Below are positions 43,075-50,770 of a stretch of DNA of 63,450 nt, piece after piece (the first letter of the stretch is position 1; every line of letters begins with the position of its first letter). The notes below the pieces were generated by a model. That model did not search any database. It had not been told where the DNA came from and was given only the letters and a program-made list of their open reading frames with translations. Origin of the DNA: Patescibacteria group bacterium (GTDB lineage Bacteria; Patescibacteriota; Saccharimonadia; CAILAD01; JADZBC01); contig JBPOIL010000018.1 of assembly GCA_052034495.1 (NCBI GenBank), positions 1 to 63,450 of the forward strand, in the 5' to 3' direction. The position numbers and the translations under genes are program-made.

Positions 43075-43989
43075 ATGAGCGAGCGAAACTGGAATGAACT
43101 GCTCGCGGCCCAACAGGCCAAGGGCAGGTTCGTCTGCGTTGGCCTCGACAGCGACGTCGACAGCCCGAAGTTCCCCACCCATCTCGCCGACAAGCGGTTC
43201 TCGAACAGCCAGTTCGCGTTCAACCAGTCGATCGTCGACGCGACCAAGGACATCGCGGGCTGCTACAAGCCGAACCTCGCGTTCTACCGCGGTGACGCCG
43301 GCAAGCGGTCGCTGCAGCGGATCATCCAGTACATCAATCGGGTGGCTCCGACCGTCCCGGTCATCCTCGACGCCAAGTGGGGCGACATCGGCAACACCAA
43401 CGACGGCTACGTCGCGGACCTCGGTGAGTTCTACGGCGCCGACGCGGTCACCGTCCACAACTACATGGGGATGGAGGCGATGAAGCCGTTCCTCGACCAG
43501 GGGAACAAGGGCATCATCGTGCTGTGCCGTACCTCCAACCCTGGTTCGGACGAGATGCAGTCGATCCTCGTCCAGGCATGGACTCAGGAGGAGGGGGAGG
43601 TCCTTTACCCGCAGCGCGAGGAGGTTCCGGGTGGGCCCGTTCACTCGGTGCTCGTTCCCAACTACCAGTACGTCGCCAATCGCGTGGCGAACCAGTGGAA
43701 CATCAACGGGAACTGCGCCCTCGTGGTCGGCGCGACCTACGCCGACGTCGAGCTGGCCATCGTGCGGGAGATCGTCGGCGACATGCCGATCCTCCTCCCT
43801 GGCATCGGCGCTCAGGGCGGTGACCTCGAGGCGACCATCGACAACGGTCGCAACTCGCAGGGTCAGGGCATGATCGTCAACAGCTCGCGCGGGATCATCT
43901 TCGCCTCCAGCGATCATGACTTCGCTCAGCGAGCTGGCGAGGAGGCGGCCAAGCTGCACGGAGCCATCACGGCTCGGCTCGCTGCCTGA
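43075..43989 (+). CDS. pyrF: Orotidine-5'-phosphate decarboxylase, type 2 (actinobacterial-type), high GC
   Basis: FVCVGLDSD, ILDAKWGDIGNT and LPGIGAQGG motifs. Third codon positions are almost all G/C. Two hand-counted 60-nt lines gave 60 % and 67 % GC. Confidence 0.85.
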   Translation: MSERNWNELLAAQQAKGRFVCVGLDSDVDSPKFPTHLADKRFSNSQFAFNQSIVDATKDIAGCYKPNLAFYRGDAGKRSLQRIIQYINRVAPTVPVILDAKWGDIGNTNDGYVADLGEFYGADAVTVHNYMGMEAMKPFLDQGNKGIIVLCRTSNPGSDEMQSILVQAWTQEEGEVLYPQREEVPGGPVHSVLVPNYQYVANRVANQWNINGNCALVVGATYADVELAIVREIVGDMPILLPGIGAQGGDLEATIDNGRNSQGQGMIVNSSRGIIFASSDHDFAQRAGEEAAKLHGAITARLAA

Positions 43990-44100
43990 CGGCACACCAC
44001 AAGCAAGGAGCTCTGTGCCAGCTCCGGGATGAACTCCCGGGGCTGGCCACTGCCACGAGTCACTCAGCAATTGAGTGGTTCATGGCAGTGAAAGCACTGC
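43987..44100 (+). repeat. Element B, copy 1: roughly 110-nt three-hairpin element directly after the cassette stop codon
   Basis: Hairpins GGCACA/TGTGCC, CCAGCTCCGGGA/TCCCGGGGCTGG (12 bp) and CACTGCCACGAGTCACTCA/TGAGTGGTTCATGGCAGTG (19 positions). Second copy at 44876-44990. Confidence 0.8.
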
Positions 44101-44116
44101 ATCGCTCTTTACATAC

Positions 44117-44198
44117 ATTTCAGACCGGATCGTTGCACGCTTCTAAGTAGGCGACGACCCGGTCTGAAGAAGACTGTGGTCCCAATTAGGAGCCCGCC
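44117..44198 (+). repeat. Element A, copy 2
   Basis: CAGACCGG(44121-28)/CCGGTCTG(44159-66), then GACTGTGGTCCCAATTAGGAGCCCGCC-ATG. Confidence 0.8.
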
Positions 44199-44615
44199 AT
44201 GTGTGCGAGCGAGACGGTAGGTGTAGTCCCGGTCCGCGTTCGCTACGCGGTCTGGTTCGGGCCCGAAGAGTCGGACATCTTCGACTGCGAGGTCGGGCGC
44301 AAGGCACCCGATGAGTTCGTCCTGGATCCAGCGGCGGACTACTTCCAGTTCTACGACCGCATGGTCGTCGATCTCGAAGTGGAGGAAAGAGGAACCCTCC
44401 GGCTTGTCAGCCCGCGGCTCAACGAGTCGCCGTACTACGTCCCGGGTGGGCTCATCCTCGAGGGAGAGGAGCGTGCTGCTGCCTTCGCGCCCGGTGGGCC
44501 CTTGGCCAACATCGGCTCACGGGAGGATGACATCGTCGTTCGGTCTCGTTACCGAACCCTCTGCTTCGGTGCACAGACCGGAGTGGTCGTTCTTCCGGCT
44601 CCGCCAACCCAATGA
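44199..44615 (+). CDS. High-GC hypothetical protein (138 aa)
   Basis: GC3-rich frame, AGGAG 8 nt upstream, and an ATGA overlap with the next ORF. Confidence 0.65.
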   Translation: MCASETVGVVPVRVRYAVWFGPEESDIFDCEVGRKAPDEFVLDPAADYFQFYDRMVVDLEVEERGTLRLVSPRLNESPYYVPGGLILEGEERAAAFAPGGPLANIGSREDDIVVRSRYRTLCFGAQTGVVVLPAPPTQ

Positions 44616-44878
44616 GTGCGGCTGCCAAGTTGCCCCGCAAGCCCTTCTTCTGCGGGCTGGGCCTTCACAGCTGGTTCATCGACAGGGCAATGCTCACTCG
44701 TGCGAAGCAGTGCCGCCGCTGCGAGGTCTACAAGGATGAGCAGGCCGGCCGGCGGCTTGAGTTCGAGCGCGAGGTTCGAGCATGGGCAGCCACCAGCTTT
44801 CCTTCCGAGGCGGCAGACGAACTCGTTCGGCTCAACCTCAGGGGCTGGGACGTCCTTCAGGTCATGCACAGCGCTTGA
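44612..44878 (+). CDS. High-GC hypothetical small protein with a CxxxxH...CxxC zinc-ribbon-like segment (88 aa)
   Basis: GC3-rich frame, translationally coupled (4-nt overlap) to the upstream ORF. FFCGLGLHSW...CRRCEVY. Confidence 0.6.
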   Translation: MSAAAKLPRKPFFCGLGLHSWFIDRAMLTRAKQCRRCEVYKDEQAGRRLEFEREVRAWAATSFPSEAADELVRLNLRGWDVLQVMHSA

Positions 44879-44990
44879 CGGCATACCACAACGCAAGGAG
44901 CTCTGTGCCAGTTCCGGGATCCGTCCCGGGGCTGGCCATTGCCACGAGTCACTCAATAGATGAGTGGTTCATGGCAGTGAGAACTGCAGT
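44876..44990 (+). repeat. Element B, copy 2
   Basis: Same three hairpins as copy 1. The three stem substitutions I compared (one per hairpin) are C-to-T opposite G, keeping G-U pairs on the + strand. The loop sequences differ. Confidence 0.8.
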
Positions 44991-45040
44991 TCCTTAACTT
45001 GGCCTAATCCCAGGCCCCTACAAAGAAAAGGGGGCCTGAG

Positions 45041-45430
45041 ATGGCTTCTGTTCTGTCCCTCCTGCTCGCCACCTTGGTGGTCGGCACGATCTACAACTTC
45101 GTCGACGTAGCCGTCGACAGAGACAGGCCCTTCCGGCCAGTCCATGCCATGCTGGAAAACCCCCTCATGTGGGCCGCTTCCTACGGCATCGCGCTCGTGG
45201 CTGGAGCGGTGGCCTTGCTGCTGAACGTCAGCCTCGATCCGTGGCTCACGCTGTTCATCGTGGGGGTCGTGTCCTTCATCATCGCAACGCTCCTCATCCT
45301 CACCGACAAGACGGTCAAGAACAAGGCGAAGGAGTTCCGCAACTGCTTCGTCGGCTTGGTCTCCTTCGCCCTGGTGTCCGGTTGCACCGCTGCCGGCACC
45401 CTCTGGCTGCTCAGCCTGAGCGGGAGCTGA
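45041..45430 (+). CDS. High-GC integral membrane protein (4 TM, 129 aa)
   Basis: GC3-rich frame and hydrophobic segments. Confidence 0.65.
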   Translation: MASVLSLLLATLVVGTIYNFVDVAVDRDRPFRPVHAMLENPLMWAASYGIALVAGAVALLLNVSLDPWLTLFIVGVVSFIIATLLILTDKTVKNKAKEFRNCFVGLVSFALVSGCTAAGTLWLLSLSGS

Positions 45431-45434
45431 CGTC

Positions 45435-45767
45435 ATGAACATCAACGACTACGAGGCCATTGCCGCTGATCCGGCACTGGTGGAGAAGATCCGGTTCGGA
45501 ACCTTCTATGCCATGGGCAGGTCCAAGGATCCTCGCTTCGTCGCGAAGTGGGCCGAGGTACCAGAGGCGGAGAAGGCTGCGGCTGGTGTCGTCGGCCTCG
45601 AGGCCCTTCGGTCTCTGGTAGACGACTACACGACTCCTGGTTGCAGGTGCAAGTACTGCACCTGGAAGGGCGAGTCGACCCACGGGCGACTGATCATGTG
45701 CACGCAGCGGTGGGACCGACTCTCCCCAGAGGAGCGTCGCACGATCGGTGAGTCGTGCGCCGACTGA
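45435..45767 (+). CDS. High-GC hypothetical Cys-containing protein (110 aa)
   Basis: GC3-rich frame 4 nt after the upstream stop. CRCKYC..C motif. Confidence 0.6.
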   Translation: MNINDYEAIAADPALVEKIRFGTFYAMGRSKDPRFVAKWAEVPEAEKAAAGVVGLEALRSLVDDYTTPGCRCKYCTWKGESTHGRLIMCTQRWDRLSPEERRTIGESCAD

Positions 45768-45810
45768 CAGCAAGCACTACCCGAACCCCCGTGGTTCGGT
45801 TGGGCACCAA

Positions 45811-45857
45811 GGCCCACGGAGAGACTTACGTCCCGCCCGTGGGCCTCTTCAGTTTTT
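45811..45857 (+). terminator. GC-rich intrinsic terminator closing the high-GC array
   Basis: GGCCCACGG-N17-CCGTGGGCC followed by TCTTCAGTTTTT. Confidence 0.65.
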
Positions 45858-45902
45858 GGGCTTAGCTACGTCTAAGAATGCAAGTTTTGTTATAATAGGC
45901 GG

Positions 45903-46490
45903 ATGAAGAGCCTTAACGATCTCGCGGAAATCTATGAGCGGACACTTGTCTTGCCAAAGGTTAAGCCTGAGCCGCAGTTTTACCTTGTCTCGGTTGGGCT
46001 AATGGGTTCAGGTAAGAGCACCGTGCTGAAGAGGCTTTCTGAAATGCTAGGCCTGGTACGGATATGTGGCGATGATATTAGGAAAGTGGTTTTTGAGAAT
46101 GAAGGGAACGAGGAGGATACCTGGGAGATTGGAAGACGAGTCGTTGAGAAGTATGTAGCTCAGGGGTATAGTATCGCCCATGACACAGACGGCGCAACCG
46201 CTAAGACACAAGCCGCGATTGCTAAGCAAGCGCAAGAGTATGGCGTTAAGACCGTCTGGGTCCACGTCAACCCGCCAGAGAGTTTTATACTGGCGAACCT
46301 GGATCGGCCTAAGCCGAAGTGGCTTTTTGAGAGCCAAGAAGCGGCTAGAGCAAAATATCTAGAGCGCAAGAAGCTTCATGAGAACCTCGATATCCAGTTT
46401 GCATTTGAGTTTGATCCATCGAGATCAGACTTCGAACTACAGATAGAACAGGCAGCAGCTGGGATACAGGGCCTTCTTCTCGCCCAATAG
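45903..46490 (+). CDS. P-loop NTPase/kinase (AAA_33 / zeta-toxin-like fold)
   Basis: Walker A GLMGSGKST. About 195 aa, typical of small nucleotide or polynucleotide kinases. Backbone-like GC. Confidence 0.6.
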   Translation: MKSLNDLAEIYERTLVLPKVKPEPQFYLVSVGLMGSGKSTVLKRLSEMLGLVRICGDDIRKVVFENEGNEEDTWEIGRRVVEKYVAQGYSIAHDTDGATAKTQAAIAKQAQEYGVKTVWVHVNPPESFILANLDRPKPKWLFESQEAARAKYLERKKLHENLDIQFAFEFDPSRSDFELQIEQAAAGIQGLLLAQ

Positions 46491-46512
46491 TCAGAGGCTC
46501 GGGCCTCTTTCG

Positions 46513-46947
46513 TTACTTTGGCGGCCAACCTCGGCGAGGTCGAAGGGTAACGTTAGCCCTCAGGAAGCGCTTACGAACGGTAGAAGCATCCAGGCCATAC
46601 TGTTGACCTATAACAGATAGCGAGTTACCATTGTTGTAGGCACGAATAGCAGCTGCCAAGGTCTGCTCATCCCATTTGAGGGATTCTCCGACAGTTGGCA
46701 CTCCTCTTCGTCTGAGGTGATTCATCACCGTGGTTCGTCCGACTCCAAAGGTCGATGCGAGCTCGAGGATGGAAGCACCCGCCAATCGGGCATCTAGTAA
46801 GTCATCGACCTCACTCTCAGTGAGGCGTACTTGTGCCTGACGAGGCCCACGGGGCCGTCGGGTAGAGATCAAGCGCTCAGACACCTGGTCAACAACCACA
46901 AGCGGTATTGACAAGGGGTTTGAGAGCTGTCCTAGTAGGTCCACCAT
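46513..46947 (-). CDS. DNA-binding protein with two resolvase/Hin-type HTH modules and no catalytic recombinase domain
   Basis: LTESEVDDLLDARLAGASILELASTFGVGRTTVMNHLRR and SLSVIGQQYGLDASTVRKRFLR. The track ORF start (47004) overlaps tRNA-Ala, so the internal ATG at 46947 is preferred. Confidence 0.55.
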   Translation of the reverse strand: MVDLLGQLSNPLSIPLVVVDQVSERLISTRRPRGPRQAQVRLTESEVDDLLDARLAGASILELASTFGVGRTTVMNHLRRRGVPTVGESLKWDEQTLAAAIRAYNNGNSLSVIGQQYGLDASTVRKRFLRANVTLRPRRGWPPK

Positions 46948-46997
46948 TGATAGGGGGTGGCGCTGGCTTACGCCAGCAACACTCCACCATAGTTTTT

Positions 46998-47074
46998 GGG
47001 GCATTAGCTCAGCTGGTTAGAGCGCCTGCTTTGCAAGCAGGAGGTCGTCGGTTCGACTCCGACATGCTCCACCA
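46998..47074 (+). tRNA. tRNA-Ala(UGC): tRNA-Ala (anticodon UGC), G3-U70 present, CCA encoded
   Basis: GGGGCAT/ATGCTCC acceptor (G3-U70), CCTGC-TTTGCAA-GCAGG anticodon arm, GTCGG-TTCGACT-CCGAC T-arm. Confidence 0.95.
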
Positions 47075-47159
47075 AAGAAAGCGTCCGAGTTTATCTCGGG
47101 CTTTTTCTTTGGGCAGATTTTATTTTGTGCTACGATGGGTGCAACCAAGGAAAACAAAC

Positions 47160-48428
47160 ATGGCAAACAAAGATTTGAGTACGCAAGACAAAACCCATTT
47201 AGCTCATGCAATCGCCTATCATCCGGAAAAGCGGTTGGACGTGTATTTGGGCATCGATGCCGAAGCACGGCCTGAAGTGTTTTCCTTGCTGAGCAAGGCC
47301 ACTAGACAGGCTTTGGTCCATCAGTTGTCCGACGAAGACCTGATAAGTTTGCTTAACAGCTTAGACCCAGATGACGCTACCGATGTATTGCAGCTGCTGA
47401 GCCGACACCGCCAAGACAAGGTAATGTCCGAGGTTAGCGAGGCCCTACGAGATTCTGTGTCGGGCTTGTTGCAGTTCGATCCAGACACCGCGGCTGGGTT
47501 GATGACCCTAGACTATGTGCAGGTAGACATGAAGGAAACCGTTGCTGACGTGTCGCGTAAGTTTAAACAGCACGAAAAGCGTACGGGTAGGCCGCCGGTA
47601 GTGCTGGTGCAGAACGAAGGCAAGCTGGTCGGCTTTTTGCCCGGGCACGAACTAGGCTTTGCTGCCCGCACGGAAAAGGTGGGACGGTATGTTAAAAAGC
47701 TTGCCACTATTCATCATTCAGCAAGCCATAAGGAAGTGATTCAGGTATTTAAAGCCCACCCGCACAGCAAAGTGGCGGTACTTAATGATGATGATAGCGT
47801 GCTTGGTATTATCTATTCCGATGATGTACTGCAGTTGCTTCATCAGCAAGAATCGGCATCTCTTTACGACTTCGCCGGTGTAAGCGATGAGGAAACCGTG
47901 ACAGATGGGGCTAGGCGCAAGATTCAGCTGCGCTACAAGTGGCTAATTATCAACTTGGGCACAGCATTCTTGGCCGCCTTTACCGTTGGCCAGTTCGAGG
48001 GGGTGCTAAGCAAGTTTGTACTTCTGGCTGTATATATGCCAATCGTCGCTGGCATGGGTGGCAATTCAGCTACGCAGACTTTGGCTGTGATGGTGCGCGG
48101 TATCGCGCTGCGCCAGGTTGATTTAAGCACGGCCTACAGGACGTTGCGGAGTGAGCTTGGCTCTGGGCTTGCCAATGGCTTGATTAACGGTTTACTCGTA
48201 GCGCTCGTAGTGTTAATTGTGAACAGAGACGCAAAGATTGCTCTCATATTGGCACTAGCGATGGTAGTGAACCTGCTCGTTGCTGCTACATTCGGTACAA
48301 TGGTGCCATTGATTATGTCTAAGCTCAAGAAAGACCCCGCTGCCTCGGCTACCATATTCATTACAACTGCCACCGACGTACTCGGCTTCCTGGTATTTCT
48401 AGGTCTTGCCACTCTCATTCTTATGTAA
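47160..48428 (+). CDS. mgtE: Magnesium transporter MgtE
   Basis: MgtE N-domain, CBS pair, and a 5-TM C-terminal domain with ...PIVAGMGGNSATQTLAV... The track ORF (46908) runs through the tRNA, so ATG 47160 is chosen. Confidence 0.88.
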   Translation: MANKDLSTQDKTHLAHAIAYHPEKRLDVYLGIDAEARPEVFSLLSKATRQALVHQLSDEDLISLLNSLDPDDATDVLQLLSRHRQDKVMSEVSEALRDSVSGLLQFDPDTAAGLMTLDYVQVDMKETVADVSRKFKQHEKRTGRPPVVLVQNEGKLVGFLPGHELGFAARTEKVGRYVKKLATIHHSASHKEVIQVFKAHPHSKVAVLNDDDSVLGIIYSDDVLQLLHQQESASLYDFAGVSDEETVTDGARRKIQLRYKWLIINLGTAFLAAFTVGQFEGVLSKFVLLAVYMPIVAGMGGNSATQTLAVMVRGIALRQVDLSTAYRTLRSELGSGLANGLINGLLVALVVLIVNRDAKIALILALAMVVNLLVAATFGTMVPLIMSKLKKDPAASATIFITTATDVLGFLVFLGLATLILM

Positions 48429-49751
48429 ATGCGCTACAATAGTAGTATGACAAAACGAAATACAAAAGTTGGCCTCGTGCTTACTTGGCTTGTCGCCTTA
48501 GCACCAATCGCAATAGTCGCGACCTTTGGCCCGCGGCCGGCCGACCAGGCTTTGCAAACGGTGATCGACAGCTTTGCCCGTATGGCTGGGTTTATAGGTT
48601 TTACTCTCTTTGCCTGGAACTTGATTTTATCAGCGCGAATCCTATGGCTGGAGAAACAGTTCGGTGGGCTCGATAAGCTTTACAAGGTCCACCATACGGT
48701 TGGTGGCATAGCGTTCATCGCCATGCTCGTACATCCCACGCTCCTGACTATTAAATACGCTACCATTTCATTTGCGTCGGCCTATAGCTTTTTACTGCCA
48801 ACGCTCGATGATGTGGCGCTGCAGGCTGGCAAGGTGGCTCTGGGTGGCATGTTCGTCGTGCTGTTCATTACGTTCTATGTCTGGGTGAGCCACGAGCGGT
48901 TTATGTGGATCCATCGACTCACGGGCGTGCTGTTCGCCTTTGCTGTCTACCACGCCTTTTTTGTAACGGGCAGCAGGGTGTTGCAGATTCCTGTGCTCGC
49001 GTTCTATCTAGGGTTACTGAGCTTAACTGCGCTTGGGTTGTTTGGCTATAGGTATGCTTTTAAGAGCCTCAAGCCACGCCGGCGATACAAGGTCTCTAAT
49101 GTGGAAGACTTGAACGGGGCCTGGGAGATTAGTATGAGCCCAACGTCTCGCGGCATCGATCACGTAGCTGGTCAGTTTGCGTTCCTGACCTTTACAAGCT
49201 CAAGTCTGCCGCAGCAGACTCATCCATTCACGATTGCATCGGCACCCAGCGAGAAAGACCTGCGCTTTGTTATCAAGAACCTTGGTGACTTTACGGCCAA
49301 GTTGGGCGAGCTGAAGGTTGGCGACCATGTGTTTGTAGAGGGTCCATACGGAACATTTAATTATGCCAATATGTCGCGCAAGAGGCAGGTGTGGGTAGCA
49401 GGGGGAATTGGAGTCACGCCATTTCTAAGTATGGCTCGTAGCTTCGAGCAGAGTGACGGGGTTGAGGCGCACTTGTTCTACTCAGTTGCGGATGAAACCC
49501 AAGCATATGGCTCCGAGGAGCTGACTCGTTTAAGCGCAGGGCTCAAGGGCAGCTTGGACTTTATGCTGCATGATAGCAGTAAGCAGGGCTTCATATCGGT
49601 TGAGCAAATTGCAAAACACGTGCAGGACCTGGTTGAGTGCGAAGTTTTGCTGTGTGGGCCAAAGGGTATGATGAAGGCACTTGAAGCCCAGTTTGTAGCT
49701 GCCGGAGTAAGCAAAAAGCATATTCAGTACGAGGAGTTTTCATTACTATGA
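48429..49751 (+). CDS. Ferric-reductase/NOX-like membrane flavoprotein (FRD TM domain plus FAD- and NAD-binding domains)
   Basis: Six TM helices with conserved His residues, HPFTIAS (FAD-binding), GGIGVTPF (NAD-binding), CGP near the C-terminus. Confidence 0.8.
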   Translation: MRYNSSMTKRNTKVGLVLTWLVALAPIAIVATFGPRPADQALQTVIDSFARMAGFIGFTLFAWNLILSARILWLEKQFGGLDKLYKVHHTVGGIAFIAMLVHPTLLTIKYATISFASAYSFLLPTLDDVALQAGKVALGGMFVVLFITFYVWVSHERFMWIHRLTGVLFAFAVYHAFFVTGSRVLQIPVLAFYLGLLSLTALGLFGYRYAFKSLKPRRRYKVSNVEDLNGAWEISMSPTSRGIDHVAGQFAFLTFTSSSLPQQTHPFTIASAPSEKDLRFVIKNLGDFTAKLGELKVGDHVFVEGPYGTFNYANMSRKRQVWVAGGIGVTPFLSMARSFEQSDGVEAHLFYSVADETQAYGSEELTRLSAGLKGSLDFMLHDSSKQGFISVEQIAKHVQDLVECEVLLCGPKGMMKALEAQFVAAGVSKKHIQYEEFSLL

Positions 49752-50221
49752 CGAGTGTAAGAGATTTTACCAAGCGAGTGTTTGGCACCAGCAAGATTAT
49801 GACTGCAGTTGCCATTGCGATGATCATAGTCAGCGTTGTAATGGGCGGGCTGTTCGTCGCTGGCTGGGCAGACAAGCAACAAAAGGAGGACTTGGCTGAG
49901 CAAAGAATGACTCCAGGAGCCACCACTCCTACACTCAACCAGGGTCAGGCGCCGACTGTGGCGAATCAAAAAACCTACACCACTGCAGAGGTTGCTCAGC
50001 ATAATTCAGTGGAGGATTGCTGGATGATAATCGGTTCAGGTGTGTACAATCTAACGAGCTTCCTACGTCAGCATCCGGGCGGGGTACAGAGTATGGCTAA
50101 ATACTGTGGCCAAGATGGTACCCAGGGGTTTGAAACTTTGGACAGAGGACAAGGCCAAAGTCACTCAAGTAGCGCGAGTATGCTCAAAGAAGATTACAGG
50201 ATCGGCACACTCGCCAACTAG
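49748..50221 (+). CDS. Membrane-anchored cytochrome b5-like heme-binding domain protein
   Basis: 4-nt overlap with the reductase gene. N-terminal TM. HNSVEDCWMIIGSGVYNLTSFLRQHPGG is the Cyt-b5 signature. Confidence 0.8.
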   Translation: MTSVRDFTKRVFGTSKIMTAVAIAMIIVSVVMGGLFVAGWADKQQKEDLAEQRMTPGATTPTLNQGQAPTVANQKTYTTAEVAQHNSVEDCWMIIGSGVYNLTSFLRQHPGGVQSMAKYCGQDGTQGFETLDRGQGQSHSSSASMLKEDYRIGTLAN

Positions 50222-50770
50222 AGTTCGTGAGTATCCTTGCTCTAACCCCGACCTTGGAGCAACAGGATCAACGAATCTGAGGCTTCAGCCTTGGCGAGGA
50301 CTTAGCGTAAGCGATCCCACAGCCGAATGCTCGTAAGTCGAAGCATGAGACGAATCCTTGTTTGCGAACCAGTGGTCGGTAATACTTTTGGTAATTCCTT
50401 AAAATTACTAACCGCAGGGCCCTACTTTTGGTATCTTCAAAAGTAGTAATACATAAAGCCATATTTCACTAAGTCATTCGTTCTTTTGAAAGGGCCAAAA
50501 GAACCTAAAGCCCTTGCGACATGGGGCTCACATCAAGGAGTATCTTTTCGTTCTCGCCTATAATGTCACTCCCACTGCGAGTTTGAGGACTATCGTGGTT
50601 AGCTCCGTCTAGGCTCTGAACTCCAGACTTCCTGATGTTCGAATGTCGCGGTTTCAGCGGCAGAGTTCCAAGGTCGGCTAGAGCAGAGCTGCAGATGGCG
50701 GGGCAGCAACGGGCGGCTTGAATAATTCACCTATTCCGTCTATGCTTAGGGCGATAAACCACGAGGCCTG

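Noticed and set aside
43057-44070. 337-aa ORF on the - strand, plus the many other overlapping ORFs in 43.0-45.8 kb (43094-43483, 43524-43823, 44311-44739, 44549-44956, 44969-45445, 45411-45773 and others).
   Set aside because: They are shadow ORFs typical of high-GC DNA. The + strand frames chosen have G/C at nearly every third position, SD sequences and recognisable motifs (pyrF). The antisense frames start inside the B repeats and have no motifs.
43987-44990. Interpreting the B elements as classical integron attC sites.
   Set aside because: There are no RYYYAAC/GTTRRRY core sites at the ends, no intI or attI in the window, and sequence (not only structure) is conserved. It is kept only as an analogy.
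46908-47159. N-terminal 84-codon extension of the MgtE ORF, and the first 19 codons of the - strand HTH ORF.
   Set aside because: Both extensions run through tRNA-Ala (46998-47074). Internal ATGs at 47160 and 46947 give sensible proteins.
50285-50370. Possible 5S rRNA. The segment GATCCCACAGCCGAATGCTCGTAAGTCGAAGC resembles the 5S loop C / helix III region (CCCAUNCCGAACNCNGAAGUNAAGC).
   Set aside because: I could not build helix I or helix II. The motif sits in the wrong half of the only enclosing helix, and that helix spans about 99 nt. Only a covariance-model search could rescue this call.
50222-50770. ydaO/c-di-AMP riboswitch upstream of the Rpf-like transglycosylase, an association known in Actinobacteria.
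   Set aside because: A good promoter (TTGAAT-17-TATGCT) lies only about 20 nt before the ATG, so most of the region is not the gene's leader. Hallmark segments such as GGGGACCCA and CAGCTAACCTCGTAAGCG are absent.
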